Of a stretch of 64,000 nt of DNA, positions 49,814-60,387 are shown one piece after another. The position numbers were made by a program, and so were the translations under genes. Origin of the DNA: an uncultured Gemmataceae bacterium (GTDB taxonomy: Bacteria > Planctomycetota > Planctomycetia > Gemmatales > Gemmataceae); NCBI GenBank assembly GCA_963750165.1, contig CAVVPN010000012.1, positions 160,001 to 224,000 on the forward strand, given 5' to 3'. The notes beneath the pieces were generated by a model that did no database searches, was not told the DNA's origin, and saw only the letters and a list, made by a program, of their open reading frames with translations. The first letter of the stretch is position 1. Each line of letters begins with the position of its first letter.

Positions 49814-50554
49814 ATGTACAGTGTCGTGTTGATGATGGCTCTGACGGGCGGCGCGGAGGTTCCGGACCACCACAACCGGGGTGGCTGCTACGGCGGCGGC
49901 TACGGCGGCTGCTACGGCGGCGGCTACGGCGGTTGCTCCGGCGGGGGACACCGTCTGTTCGGCGGCGGGATGTTCGGCGGTCACCGCCAGGGTGGCTGCT
50001 ACGGCGGCGGTTACGGCTACGGCGGCGGCTACGGCGGCTGCTACGGCGGCGGTTACGGCGGCGGTTACACGGGCTGCTACGGTGGCGGTTACGGTGGCGG
50101 TTACATGGGCTGCTACGGTGGCGGTTACGGCTACGGTTGCACCGGTGGCATGGTCGGCGGCTGCTACGGCGGCGGCATGATGTACGGTCAGCCCATGATG
50201 GGTCAACAACCCTACATGCAGCAACCGGGGAAGCAGAAGGAAATGGTCAACCCCCCGAAGGACAAGGACAAGGTTCCCGGTGAGATCGCCGCGCCGGCCA
50301 CCCTCGTTGTCAACCTGCCGGCCAGCGCCCGGCTGATCGTGGACGGCCACACCACCGCGTCCACCTCCGCAGTGCGGACGTTCGTGTCCCCGACCCTCCA
50401 GCCCAACCGCGAGTACAGCTACACGCTGGTGGCGGAAGTGACCCAGAACGGCCAGACCGTCCGCCAGGAGCGGCAGGTTGCTGTCCGCGCCGGCGTCCAG
50501 ACCAATGTGAATTTCGAGTTCCCGGTGACGACCACCACCTCCGTCAGCCGCTAA
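49814..50554 (+). CDS. Gly/Cys/Tyr-repeat protein with C-terminal TIGR03000 domain
   Basis: AGGAGG RBS; leader MYSVVLMMALTGGAEVPD, GGCYGGGY repeats, then ATLVVNLPASARLIVDG..T.STSAVRTFVSP.L...Y.Y. Confidence 0.9.
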   Translation: MYSVVLMMALTGGAEVPDHHNRGGCYGGGYGGCYGGGYGGCSGGGHRLFGGGMFGGHRQGGCYGGGYGYGGGYGGCYGGGYGGGYTGCYGGGYGGGYMGCYGGGYGYGCTGGMVGGCYGGGMMYGQPMMGQQPYMQQPGKQKEMVNPPKDKDKVPGEIAAPATLVVNLPASARLIVDGHTTASTSAVRTFVSPTLQPNREYSYTLVAEVTQNGQTVRQERQVAVRAGVQTNVNFEFPVTTTTSVSR

Positions 50555-50656
50555 GCGCGGCGCACCGAGGCGGTTGACGTTGACCAGTCTGGAGCCGACA
50601 GCCGATCTCGGAACAAGTGCGGAGAGGTTCGATCCTGTCTCAATTGACCGGAACTG

Positions 50657-50689
50657 GGGGAGGCCTTTCGGGGCCTCCCCTTTGTTTTT
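50657..50689 (+). terminator. Intrinsic terminator
   Basis: GGGGAGGCCT-TTCG-GGGCCTCCCC followed by TTTGTTTTT. Confidence 0.85.
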
Positions 50690-50715
50690 GGCCCCGCCGC
50701 GATACACTGCCCATC

Positions 50716-51506
50716 ATGTTTGACCTGCGCCACGCCACCGGAGTGGAAGTACGCCAGCAGGCCCGCGGCGGTCACCTGGACCGGCCGACGGCTGGCCTGG
50801 CCCTGGGTTTCGTTCAGGCCAACCTGGTCGTGGTGCCGCGCGATCTGGCCTTCGACTTTCTGCTGTTCTGCCAGCGCAACCCGAAACCCTGTCCGCTGTT
50901 AGACGTGACCGAGCCGGGCAGTCCGGAGCCGGGTCTGGTCGCTCCGGGCGCCGACCTGCGCACCGATCTGCCGCGCTACCGTGTTTACCGCCACGGCGAA
51001 CTGGTGGACGAGCCCGCGACGCTGGCGGCGTGGTGGCGCGACGACCTGGTGGGCTTCCTCGTCGGCTGCTCGTTCACATTCGAGCAAGCGCTACTCCAGG
51101 CGGGGCTGCCGGTGCGCCACGTCCAGCAGGGGTGCAATGTGCCGATGTACCGCACCAACGTGGCCTGCCGGCGAGCCGGCGTGTTTCAGGGGCCGCTGGT
51201 GGTGTCGATGCGGCCGCTGACGCCGGCGCAGGCAGTGCGAGCGGTGCAGGTGTGCAGTCGGTTTCCGCGCGCCACGGGGCGCCGGTCCACGTCGGCGACC
51301 CGGCGGCTCTGGGCATCCGCGACCTTGGGCGACCGGACTATGGCGAGGCGGTGGAAGTGCGGCCGGGCGAGGTGCCCGTGTTCTGGGCGTGCGGCGTGAC
51401 ACCGCAGGCGGTGGCGCTGGAGAGCAGGCCGCCGCTGATGCTGACGCACAAGCCGGGCTACATGTTCCTGACCGACCTGCGCGACGCCGACCTGGAAGGC
51501 GAATAA
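50716..51506 (+). CDS. DUF1445 putative hydro-lyase (D-glutamate cyclase-like); one frameshift (~51273)
   Basis: [36 protein letters not shown]; after the shift [20 protein letters not shown]. Confidence 0.88.
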
Positions 51507-51602
51507 TTGCCAATTGCCAATTGCCAATTGCCAATTGCCAATTGAAAGACAGCGGGGTTCCGGTCTTTCAATTGGCAATTGGCAATTGGCAATTGGCAAT
51601 TA
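51504..51602. repeat. Heptamer (CAATTGC)n inverted hairpin array
   Basis: About 5 units, then AAAGAC...GTCTTT, then about 4 complementary units. Confidence 0.92.
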
Positions 51603-52125
51603 CGGCCTCCCACAGCCGCGCACACACCGACTGGTTGACAAGGCCGCCGAACAGGCCCTGTTCGCTGGCCTCGTTCTCGAAGCGGTTGCGCGGTCGTGGC
51701 CCCTCCTGGAACAGCGTCACGGAGCCGACCAGCGGCAGATACGCCGGTCCCATTCGCAGCGCCTGCCAGGTGTGGCCGCACTCGTGAGCCAGGATTTCGC
51801 TGGCGCTGGGGCCGTGGTGGACGCCCGCCGCCGCCCGCCGTCGTGCGTCGCGGAGCCGGCCGCCAGCGACTGCGACCGGCCATTGCCGCGACGCTGGCTC
51901 GGCCAGCTGTTCACGCAGAAGTTCGGCCGCGAAGTCCCAGCCGACGGCGATCACCTCCGCGGCCCAGGCGGTGCAGGTGCCGCGCAGCAGCGGCCAGCGA
52001 CCGTCAAAGTTGCGGTGCCGCGAGGCGTACACGCTGATGATGCGCCAGTGGCGCTCGCGCCGCCCCTTGCCGTAGACGCGAAAGCACGGGGCGCCGCCGA
52101 GCCAGTGGAAGAAGTCGCTGAGCAT
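51568..52125 (-). CDS. Small HExxH-motif hypothetical protein
   Basis: LAHECGHTWQA...YLP...NRFENEAS; stop codon lies in the repeat. Confidence 0.65.
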   Translation of the reverse strand: MLSDFFHWLGGAPCFRVYGKGRRERHWRIISVYASRHRNFDGRWPLLRGTCTAWAAEVIAVGWDFAAELLREQLAEPASRQWPVAVAGGRLRDARRRAAAGVHHGPSASEILAHECGHTWQALRMGPAYLPLVGSVTLFQEGPRPRNRFENEASEQGLFGGLVNQSVCARLWEAVIANCQLPIAN

Positions 52126-52184
52126 GTCCGTGGTCCGTGGTCCGTCGTCAGTCGCCCTTTGCCACGGACCACGGACCACGGACA
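52125..52184. repeat. Heptamer (GTCCGTG)n inverted hairpin array
   Basis: TGTCCGTGGTCCGTGGTCCGTCG ... CCACGGACCACGGACCACGGACA. Confidence 0.88.
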
Positions 52185-52219
52185 AATATAAAAACTTTGT
52201 AACAGCTACAAACGTCTGT

Positions 52220-52248
52220 TTGACTGGGCGAAAAGGAGCCCGTATACT
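52220..52248 (+). promoter_or_regulatory. Sigma70-like promoter
   Basis: TTGACT-N17-TATACT. Confidence 0.6.
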
Positions 52249-52286
52249 CAGGAAGATTTGACACCCGTTAATCCAGGGATGGTACT

Positions 52287-53975
52287 TTGTTCACGGGGAG
52301 GTCTGCCTTGAACTCCAGGCGCATCGTTCGGCACCACGTATTTGTTATCCTGGCGGGAGCCTGCCTGGCCGTGCTGGTGCCAGCGGCTCCGGCTCAGGAG
52401 AAGGTCAAGAACCTCCGCAGCCGTGCTGAATTGTTCGAGCGTCAGGGCGACTGGGACAAGGCCTGCGACGTTTACGAGGAACTGCTCCGCGGCAACCGCA
52501 ACGCCCCCGACCTGCGCGAACGCTACCGCGCCTGCCTGCGCCACCTCTTCCAGGCCCGGCGGCAACTCGACCCCACCTACCGCAAGGAAGTCCTCAACCT
52601 CAAGTATTCCCAGGCCCTGGAACTGTACCGGATCGTCCTGTTCAACCTTAACGCCTACGCCCTGGACCGGAACCGGGCGACGCCGGAACGGCTGTTCCAC
52701 AAGGGCCTTGAAGAATTCCGCAACGCCCTGGCCGATCCGGTGTTCCGCCGCGAACACCTGAACGGCGTGAAGCCCGAGGACGTGCGCGACTTCCGCGACC
52801 AGTTGAACCTGGAAACGCTCCTCCAGGAGAACGGCGGCAAACCGCTGACGACCCTCCAGGACTCCCGCGACCTGCTGCGCGTGGTGGCCATCAAGGCCCT
52901 CAAGAAGTTGCGCCTGAGCGCGACCCTCACGGTGATGGAGTTCACCTGCGGCGCCTGCCACGCCATCGACGACTACACCATGTATCTGACCCCCGGCCAG
53001 TTGCGCGACCTGACCAGCGCCCTGAAGGGGGAGGTGGTTGGCATCGGCGTGCGTCTGGGCCGGCAGGGCGACAAGTTAATGATCCTCGACGTGATCGACG
53101 GCGGCCCGGCCGCCGACGCGGACACGCAGGTGTTCAAGGGCGAGTTCGTCCTGAGCATCGACCGCAAGGCGGTCGCCGAGCTGGCCCCCGAGCTGGCCGC
53201 CGAACTGCTGGAGGGCGAGATCGGCACGACGGTCGAACTGGTGCTGGTGACGCCCGGCATGGGCCCGCGCACCGTGACGCTGCGGCGGCGGGCGTTGTTC
53301 GTGCCCAGCGTCAGCTACAAATGGGCCAGCGCGACCATCGGCTACGTGCAGATTTCCTGCTTCCAGGAAACGACCTTGCAGGAACTGGATGAGGCGCTCG
53401 CCGCGCTGACCAAGCCGGGCTCGGGAGTCAAGGCCCTGATCCTGGACCTGCGCGGCAACGGCGGCGGCCTGTTCGATGTGGCCATCGAGGTGGCTCGCCG
53501 CTTCCTCCGCAGCGGCACCATCGTCACCCGCCAGACGTTCGACTTCCAGCAAAAAACCTACGACGCCCGGAACCCGACGGCGCTGACGCTGCCGCTGGTC
53601 GTGCTGATCGACGGCGACACCGCCAGCAGCGCTGAGATTCTGGCGGGGGCGCTGAAGGACAACAACAAGCGCGCCCGGCTGGTCGGCCAGACGACGTTCG
53701 GCAAGAGTTGTTTGCAACGGCCCGTGGCGCTGCCGGCGCAAGGCAAACTGAAGATACCGGAGGAGTCGGGCGGCTTCCCGACCGGCGGCCTGCGGCTGAC
53801 GGTGGCCCGCTTCCTGTCGCCGCGCGGCGAGCCGTACACCGACCGCGGTGTCACGCCGCACCTGTTCGCGGAGAAGCGCGTGCTGTCGGAATCCATGATG
53901 CCGCTGGACGACGTTGACGGTCAGTACGACCTGGCCTTGACCGAGGCGCTGCGTTTGATCGACAACCGCCGCTAA
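52287..53975 (+). CDS. S41 C-terminal processing peptidase (start uncertain)
   Basis: PDZ GIG, LILDLRGNGGG, TASSAEI, GQTTFGK. Confidence 0.92.
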   Translation: MFTGRSALNSRRIVRHHVFVILAGACLAVLVPAAPAQEKVKNLRSRAELFERQGDWDKACDVYEELLRGNRNAPDLRERYRACLRHLFQARRQLDPTYRKEVLNLKYSQALELYRIVLFNLNAYALDRNRATPERLFHKGLEEFRNALADPVFRREHLNGVKPEDVRDFRDQLNLETLLQENGGKPLTTLQDSRDLLRVVAIKALKKLRLSATLTVMEFTCGACHAIDDYTMYLTPGQLRDLTSALKGEVVGIGVRLGRQGDKLMILDVIDGGPAADADTQVFKGEFVLSIDRKAVAELAPELAAELLEGEIGTTVELVLVTPGMGPRTVTLRRRALFVPSVSYKWASATIGYVQISCFQETTLQELDEALAALTKPGSGVKALILDLRGNGGGLFDVAIEVARRFLRSGTIVTRQTFDFQQKTYDARNPTALTLPLVVLIDGDTASSAEILAGALKDNNKRARLVGQTTFGKSCLQRPVALPAQGKLKIPEESGGFPTGGLRLTVARFLSPRGEPYTDRGVTPHLFAEKRVLSESMMPLDDVDGQYDLALTEALRLIDNRR

Positions 53976-53993
53976 GACCCGTTTCAACACCGC

Positions 53994-54045
53994 ACCGAGC
54001 CCGCAGCGCGAGCAAGAGAACCCTTGCACGCGCTGCGGGCTCGGT
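53994..54045. repeat. REP-like palindrome
   Basis: ACCGAGCCCGCAGCGCG ... CGCGCTGCGGGCTCGGT. Confidence 0.8.
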
Positions 54046-54274
54046 TGGTTTCTGCGCCGCTCTGACCCTGTTCCCCCTGCCACAACGGGATGCCCCAACG
54101 GCGTCCCGGAAGCGTCCCGCCAGTTTTTTCATTTTTTTCAAAAAGTCGTGTCCGGATTTTCGCGGCGATTGCGATAGGGGGTATGGGTAGGCAGCCGGCC
54201 CCGGACGGCCGGCAGCGCGATGACGCGAAAGGGCCTACCGTGATGGACACCTGTGGACTGAGAGTGAGGCAGAC

Positions 54275-54595
54275 ATGACCCCCTATCCGTTCGAGGACAA
54301 CCGGCTGTATCACGCTTTCCGGATGCCGCGGAGAACTGTGCAAGCCGTTCTGGACGCCGCCGACCACGACGACAACCTGATCGCCAATACGCTGAACGTT
54401 TCGGAGAAGGGCGCCTGTGTGGTGCTGACCTCCGAGGTGCCTGCGGGCCGCACGGTTCGGCTGGTGGTGGACGACCGGAACCAACCGCGGCAGTTCTGCC
54501 TGCCGGGCGTGGTCGCCTGGTGCGAGCGGGTGGGCGCGCAGTGGGTGGCCTCGGTACGCTTCGACGACCACCCGGGCTTCGCCTCGTCCAACTGA
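54275..54595 (+). CDS. PilZ-domain protein
   Basis: NVSEKGAC (N/DxSxxG), G.V.WC, VRF; RxxxR motif degenerate. Confidence 0.75.
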   Translation: MTPYPFEDNRLYHAFRMPRRTVQAVLDAADHDDNLIANTLNVSEKGACVVLTSEVPAGRTVRLVVDDRNQPRQFCLPGVVAWCERVGAQWVASVRFDDHPGFASSN

Positions 54596-54630
54596 CGGGC
54601 GTGCGTCTTACCTACCACTCGCCGCCCCGT

Positions 54631-56331
54631 TTAAGAAATGATGTGCCGCCGCCGCTTGATGTAGTCCCAGACGATGTAGCGGTCGAGGTCGCGACCGCCA
54701 GGGAAGAAGACCCGGCCGCGCGTCGATTCCGCCAGCCGGTACGCGAAGCGCACATCCTCTTCGCTCTGGCTCCAACTTGGCAGCAGAAAGATGTTGATGG
54801 TGATGCCCGCGCGAGCGCACAGCTTGCCCTCGCGCAGCGTCGCTTCTTCGGTGCTGTGCTGCGGCGGATATAGCAGGTGCAGAATCTTGCCCTCGAAGTG
54901 CGCCGTCGGCAGGCCGTCGGTGATGAGCATGATCTGCCGGTTCGGCGTGTCCTGCACTGACAGGAATTTGCGGCCCATTTGCAGCGCGTGCTGGATGTTG
55001 GTGAAGTGCGGCGGCACCAGCACCTCGCTGGTGCGCGGGTCGCTCATGTCCACCTTCAGCGCCACGACCGGGCTGTGGATGGTGACCGGCTTCGGCATCA
55101 GCGCCGCCACCTCGGACAGCCGCCGCGGTTTGGCGAAGGTGTACATCTCAATGAACTGCAGGAAGTCGCCGGGGTATTCGGTGCGGATCAGGCCGTCGAG
55201 CGCCAAACCCATGCGCTTGACGTTGACGTACTGGCCGTCGTAGCGCATCGAGCCGGACATGTCGAGCAGCACCGCCGTCGCACATTTGGGGTTGTTGCGC
55301 GTCTTGTGAATCTCGATGTCCTCGGGCTTGAGCTGGATCGGCAGGCCGGGGCCGTTGCGCAGCATGGCGTTGGTCATCGACGCGGGGATGTCCATGTGCG
55401 TCACGGAGTCGCCGAACTCATAGGGCTTGGTCTGCTGCATCTCCGTGGCGCCCTCGCCGACGATCGGCCCCTGGTGCCGGCCGGTGCGTGACGCCTGCAA
55501 CTCGTCGAAGATGTGCGACAGCAGTTTCGACTGAAAGAGCCGGTACGCCTTCGGCGACAGCTGGAAGCCCTGTTTGCCCTGCTCCAGCCCTTGCCGCTCC
55601 GCCTGCTCGCGCAGATAATCCTCGATCTGCTGCTGCAGCGCCTGCAACTTTTCCAGGTCGCCGGGGTCCGCGAACTGGGCCAGTTCCTCCAGGTCAATGA
55701 TGCCGATCTGCGCGTTCTGCTTGGCCTCCTCCATCTGCTTGAGCAACTTGTCGATCAGCTCCAACTCCGCCTTGATTTCGAGCGCTTCCGGCACGCTCAT
55801 CGGCGTGCGGCCGGTGAACTCGTACTTCGACGCCAATTCATCAACCTGATACTTCTCGCCGAGGCGCTCGACCAGGTGCAGCAGCTGACGGGCGAATTTA
55901 TCCGTCTCGTTGCCGGCGCGATACCAGAGTTGTTCCAGCTCGTTCAGCTGTTCTTCGCGCACGGCCTTGTCGAAGCGCTTCGCCAGATTGCCCGGCGGCC
56001 GCATGCCCTGGGCCTGGTTCAAAAAATTCTGCCGCGCTTCGGATTCCGCCTTGCCGGTCTCGTAGGTCTCCAAAATCTTGCGCTTGCGTTCGCGCAGGAT
56101 GTCCATGAGCGCTTCGAGGCTCGGCCCCAGGTTGGCGATCTGGCTGGGGTCGATATGGACGGAGTTGGCCAGTTCCTCGGGTGTCAGCTGGCGCGTGTTG
56201 CCGTAGAACAGCAGATGCTCGAACGCCGGCGAGACGAGGTCCGGCGGCGGCGCCGTCGGACTCGGCAGGTTCACCGGGTCGTACTTTTGATAGGTGTGGA
56301 TGATGCCGCCCAGCTGCTCTTTACTGCTCAT
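54631..56331 (-). CDS. VWA-domain protein (partner of the AAA+ ATPase)
   Basis: DMSGSM MIDAS, TNIQHAL, ITDGLPTAH. Confidence 0.92.
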   Translation of the reverse strand: MSSKEQLGGIIHTYQKYDPVNLPSPTAPPPDLVSPAFEHLLFYGNTRQLTPEELANSVHIDPSQIANLGPSLEALMDILRERKRKILETYETGKAESEARQNFLNQAQGMRPPGNLAKRFDKAVREEQLNELEQLWYRAGNETDKFARQLLHLVERLGEKYQVDELASKYEFTGRTPMSVPEALEIKAELELIDKLLKQMEEAKQNAQIGIIDLEELAQFADPGDLEKLQALQQQIEDYLREQAERQGLEQGKQGFQLSPKAYRLFQSKLLSHIFDELQASRTGRHQGPIVGEGATEMQQTKPYEFGDSVTHMDIPASMTNAMLRNGPGLPIQLKPEDIEIHKTRNNPKCATAVLLDMSGSMRYDGQYVNVKRMGLALDGLIRTEYPGDFLQFIEMYTFAKPRRLSEVAALMPKPVTIHSPVVALKVDMSDPRTSEVLVPPHFTNIQHALQMGRKFLSVQDTPNRQIMLITDGLPTAHFEGKILHLLYPPQHSTEEATLREGKLCARAGITINIFLLPSWSQSEEDVRFAYRLAESTRGRVFFPGGRDLDRYIVWDYIKRRRHIIS

Positions 56332-57455
56332 CGCTGTCCCTTCACGTCGTCAACCAAGTGGTTGTTGATACCCAGCCTGGTCTGTTGCAGGTTTTGCGCG
56401 GCCTGTAGGGCCGTGACCGCATCGGGTGTGATCTCCCCATCCAACAACAGGTCGCGCAAGTTGCGCGTCCATTTCGATCGGGCGAACGCCAGCGCCCCCA
56501 CGTCGGTCAATCGGTTGCCACGAAAATCCAACACCTCGAATTTCACCAGGCCGCGCCACGCCGCTATGACCGCCGCCCCAGGGTCGGTGATGCCGTTGTA
56601 ACCTACTTTGAGGCCTTTCAGTCGCATCAAATGCTTCGAGCCGAGCAACAACCTCAGCCCATCGTCGCCGAGTTGGTTCGATGTCAGGTCTAGGTCGGTG
56701 ACACCGCTCAGGTTCGGGGAAGCCGCCAGGGCTCGAGCCCCGACGGGGCCGATGGTGTCGTGTGTTAGTCCCAGTTCCCCCAACCGTCGCAGGAACGGCG
56801 AGCCGGCAACCGCCTCAACGCCCGCGTCGTCAATACCGGCCTGCAGAAGGGAGAGATGCGTTAGGTTGGCCAGGTGCGGTGATTCGGCCAGCGCCTTCGC
56901 ACCCACGGGGCCGACGCCCTGTTCCAGGATGAGGACGTTTAGGGCGGATAGGGATCGGCACCGCGCTAACTCCAACGCGCCTTCTTCGCCCGGCTTCCGA
57001 AGGTGCATGAATCTGATGCCGGCCAAGTGCGGGCAGGCGAATAACTCTCTGGCCCGCTTCCCGAGAAGTTTCAAGCTGACTGACTCAATCGGCTCCAAAC
57101 TCCGAAGCACTTCCGCAGCGGTCAAAAATTGTGAAGCCGAACAAGAGACATCAGCGACAAACCCCCGTTGCCAACCCCAGTACATTTGCTCGTACCCGGG
57201 AATCGCCTTCAGCCAATGCCTTTGGAATTTTCTAATTAACCTCAATTCACGCGGCACCCACTCCCGTTGCCGCAGGTCGTCGCCGGGCGTACGAGCACTT
57301 TGAATCTGGATGCGGATGAATTCGGCGCGGGCCGCCACCGCCGCCCCACCTTGCTTTTCCAGCCAATCGGCGTAGGCCAGGCGCGGCGCGTCGTCGTCCG
57401 GGCTTTCCAGCACAGCCCGGAGCAATACTTCGCCTTGGTCCTTCGCCGACGGCAT
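56328..57455 (-). CDS. TIGR02996-domain leucine-rich-repeat protein
   Basis: PDDDAPRLAYADWLE...RAEFIR.Q, RGFV, GALA-type LRRs. Confidence 0.92.
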   Translation of the reverse strand: MPSAKDQGEVLLRAVLESPDDDAPRLAYADWLEKQGGAAVAARAEFIRIQIQSARTPGDDLRQREWVPRELRLIRKFQRHWLKAIPGYEQMYWGWQRGFVADVSCSASQFLTAAEVLRSLEPIESVSLKLLGKRARELFACPHLAGIRFMHLRKPGEEGALELARCRSLSALNVLILEQGVGPVGAKALAESPHLANLTHLSLLQAGIDDAGVEAVAGSPFLRRLGELGLTHDTIGPVGARALAASPNLSGVTDLDLTSNQLGDDGLRLLLGSKHLMRLKGLKVGYNGITDPGAAVIAAWRGLVKFEVLDFRGNRLTDVGALAFARSKWTRNLRDLLLDGEITPDAVTALQAAQNLQQTRLGINNHLVDDVKGQR

Positions 57456-57458
57456 GGC

Positions 57459-58114
57459 TCAACTTTTCTCCCAATAGTCACTGTCGGGGCCGGGTGGGGC
57501 AGTCTGGATCATCCACCAGAGTTCGTGATACTTGTCCCGCACACTCGGATGCAACTGCAAGGCGAAATCCTCCGCCAGATGCAGGTGCTTAATCATTTCC
57601 TGAACGTTTGCCAGATCCCACAACCTCACCCACTTCGACATGCTCGTCGCCAGGTAAAGTTCGACCAGGCCAGACCGGGTTAGAAAGCGCATCCCTTCCA
57701 ACGTGACCGTGGCGCCGTCGGGGTCCGGGTAGGCGATCGGTTTCAGCTGGCCGTCCCCGGGATATTCGCCGGACACTCGGAGGTCGATCCGCACTCCCGA
57801 TACGGCGTCCCGCAGATGCCGGCTGCCTTCAGCCAGCAAGACACATCCCAGACATTCCAGCTGCCGGTGGATCGCTTGCAGCCCCTCCTGGGTCACCAGC
57901 ATTTCCACCACCTCCGTGAACTTCCGATAGCCGTGGAAGAACAGCGCCAGGTCGCCGATGACGGCGTATGGGATCTTCAACTCCCCGAGGCGGCGCGTCA
58001 CGCGCTCCAGGGTTTTCTGCACCTCACTGTTTCTCTCGAAGTGCATGCTGCCTTGCATAAACCCCCAGCGCAGGTCTTCCTGCAGCCGCTGTTCATAGGC
58101 GATCACGGTCATAC

Positions 58115-58118
<4 letters not shown>
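57459..58118 (-). CDS. Nucleotidyltransferase-fold protein with degenerate active site
   Basis: [20 protein letters not shown] in place of GG.A..HG..R.T.DxD; GEYPGDG..KP..YPDP. Confidence 0.7.
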
Positions 58119-59534
<1,416 letters not shown>

Positions 59535-59665
59535 TAGCCGGGGATCTCCTCAAGGTGGAAGCGCTCGTTGCGTGCCCGTCGCCCCGTGGAGAGGTGTCGG
59601 CGGGTGCGCAATGGTATTCTAGGAGATCGGGGCGGCAGGAATCCACCGGGGCCGCTGGTTCTGCA

Positions 59666-59726
59666 GTCGGAGCCCGAGCGCCAGCGCGGGGCTGGCGCTG
59701 CCCCGCGCTGGCGCTCGGGCTCCGAC
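59666..59726. repeat. REP-like palindrome (copy of 35989-36051)
   Basis: GTCGGAGCCCGAGCGCCAGCGCGGGGC ... GCCCCGCGCTGGCGCTCGGGCTCCGAC. Confidence 0.88.
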
Positions 59727-59739
59727 CTACCCCCGCGGC

Positions 59740-60213
59740 TCACTCGAAGGAAATCTCCAGAATCTCGAAGCGCAACTTGCCCATCGGCGCCTGGACCTCG
59801 GCGACCTCGCCGCACTTCTTGCCGAGCAGGCCCTGGCCCATCGGGCTGGTAGTGAGGATTTTGTTATTGTCGTAATCCTCCTCGCCTGGGCCGACCAGCT
59901 CGAAGACCTCCTCATCCCCAGCTTCAAGGTCCTTGACCTTGACGCGCGCCCCGAACACGACGATGTCGGTGGGCAGGGTGCTGCGGTCGATGAAGTAGGC
60001 CCGGCCGAGTTCGTCGCGCAGCACATCAATGCGGGCTTGCAAGATGCCCTGGTCCTCGCGCGCGGCGTGGTACTCCGCGTTCTCGCTCAGGTCACCCAGC
60101 TCGCGCGCGGCGGCGATGCGCTTCGTCACCTCCGGCATCTCGACGTTCTGCATGTGGTCGAGTTTGGCCTTGCGCTTCTCGTAGCCTTCCCGCGTCATCG
60201 GGATGCGGTCCAT
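59740..60213 (-). CDS. greA: Transcription elongation factor GreA
   Basis: [28 protein letters not shown]. Confidence 0.96.
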   Translation of the reverse strand: MDRIPMTREGYEKRKAKLDHMQNVEMPEVTKRIAAARELGDLSENAEYHAAREDQGILQARIDVLRDELGRAYFIDRSTLPTDIVVFGARVKVKDLEAGDEEVFELVGPGEEDYDNNKILTTSPMGQGLLGKKCGEVAEVQAPMGKLRFEILEISFE

Positions 60214-60387
60214 GTCCAGAATCCTCGAACTGCGAAACTCACGGAAACGAAACACCGCCTCTACCTATCAAGGGGAGACGGTGTCGAGCACCAGCCGTGA
60301 TTGGCGGAACCCAGGAACGATCCTGCTTCCTGTCACCCCCATCTTGGCGGTCTACCCGACAGTTGTAAAGAGCGCTTCATGCGATCT

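Noticed and set aside
49880..50175. Tandem GGCGGCTAC repeats as non-coding repeat or CRISPR
   Set aside because: They encode the Gly/Tyr/Cys repeats with synonymous variation.
54186..54239. Three-stem fold with GATGA...GAAA before the PilZ gene (hammerhead or c-di-GMP riboswitch?)
   Set aside because: Lacks the CUGANGA core and the GEMM consensus; plausible by chance at this GC content.
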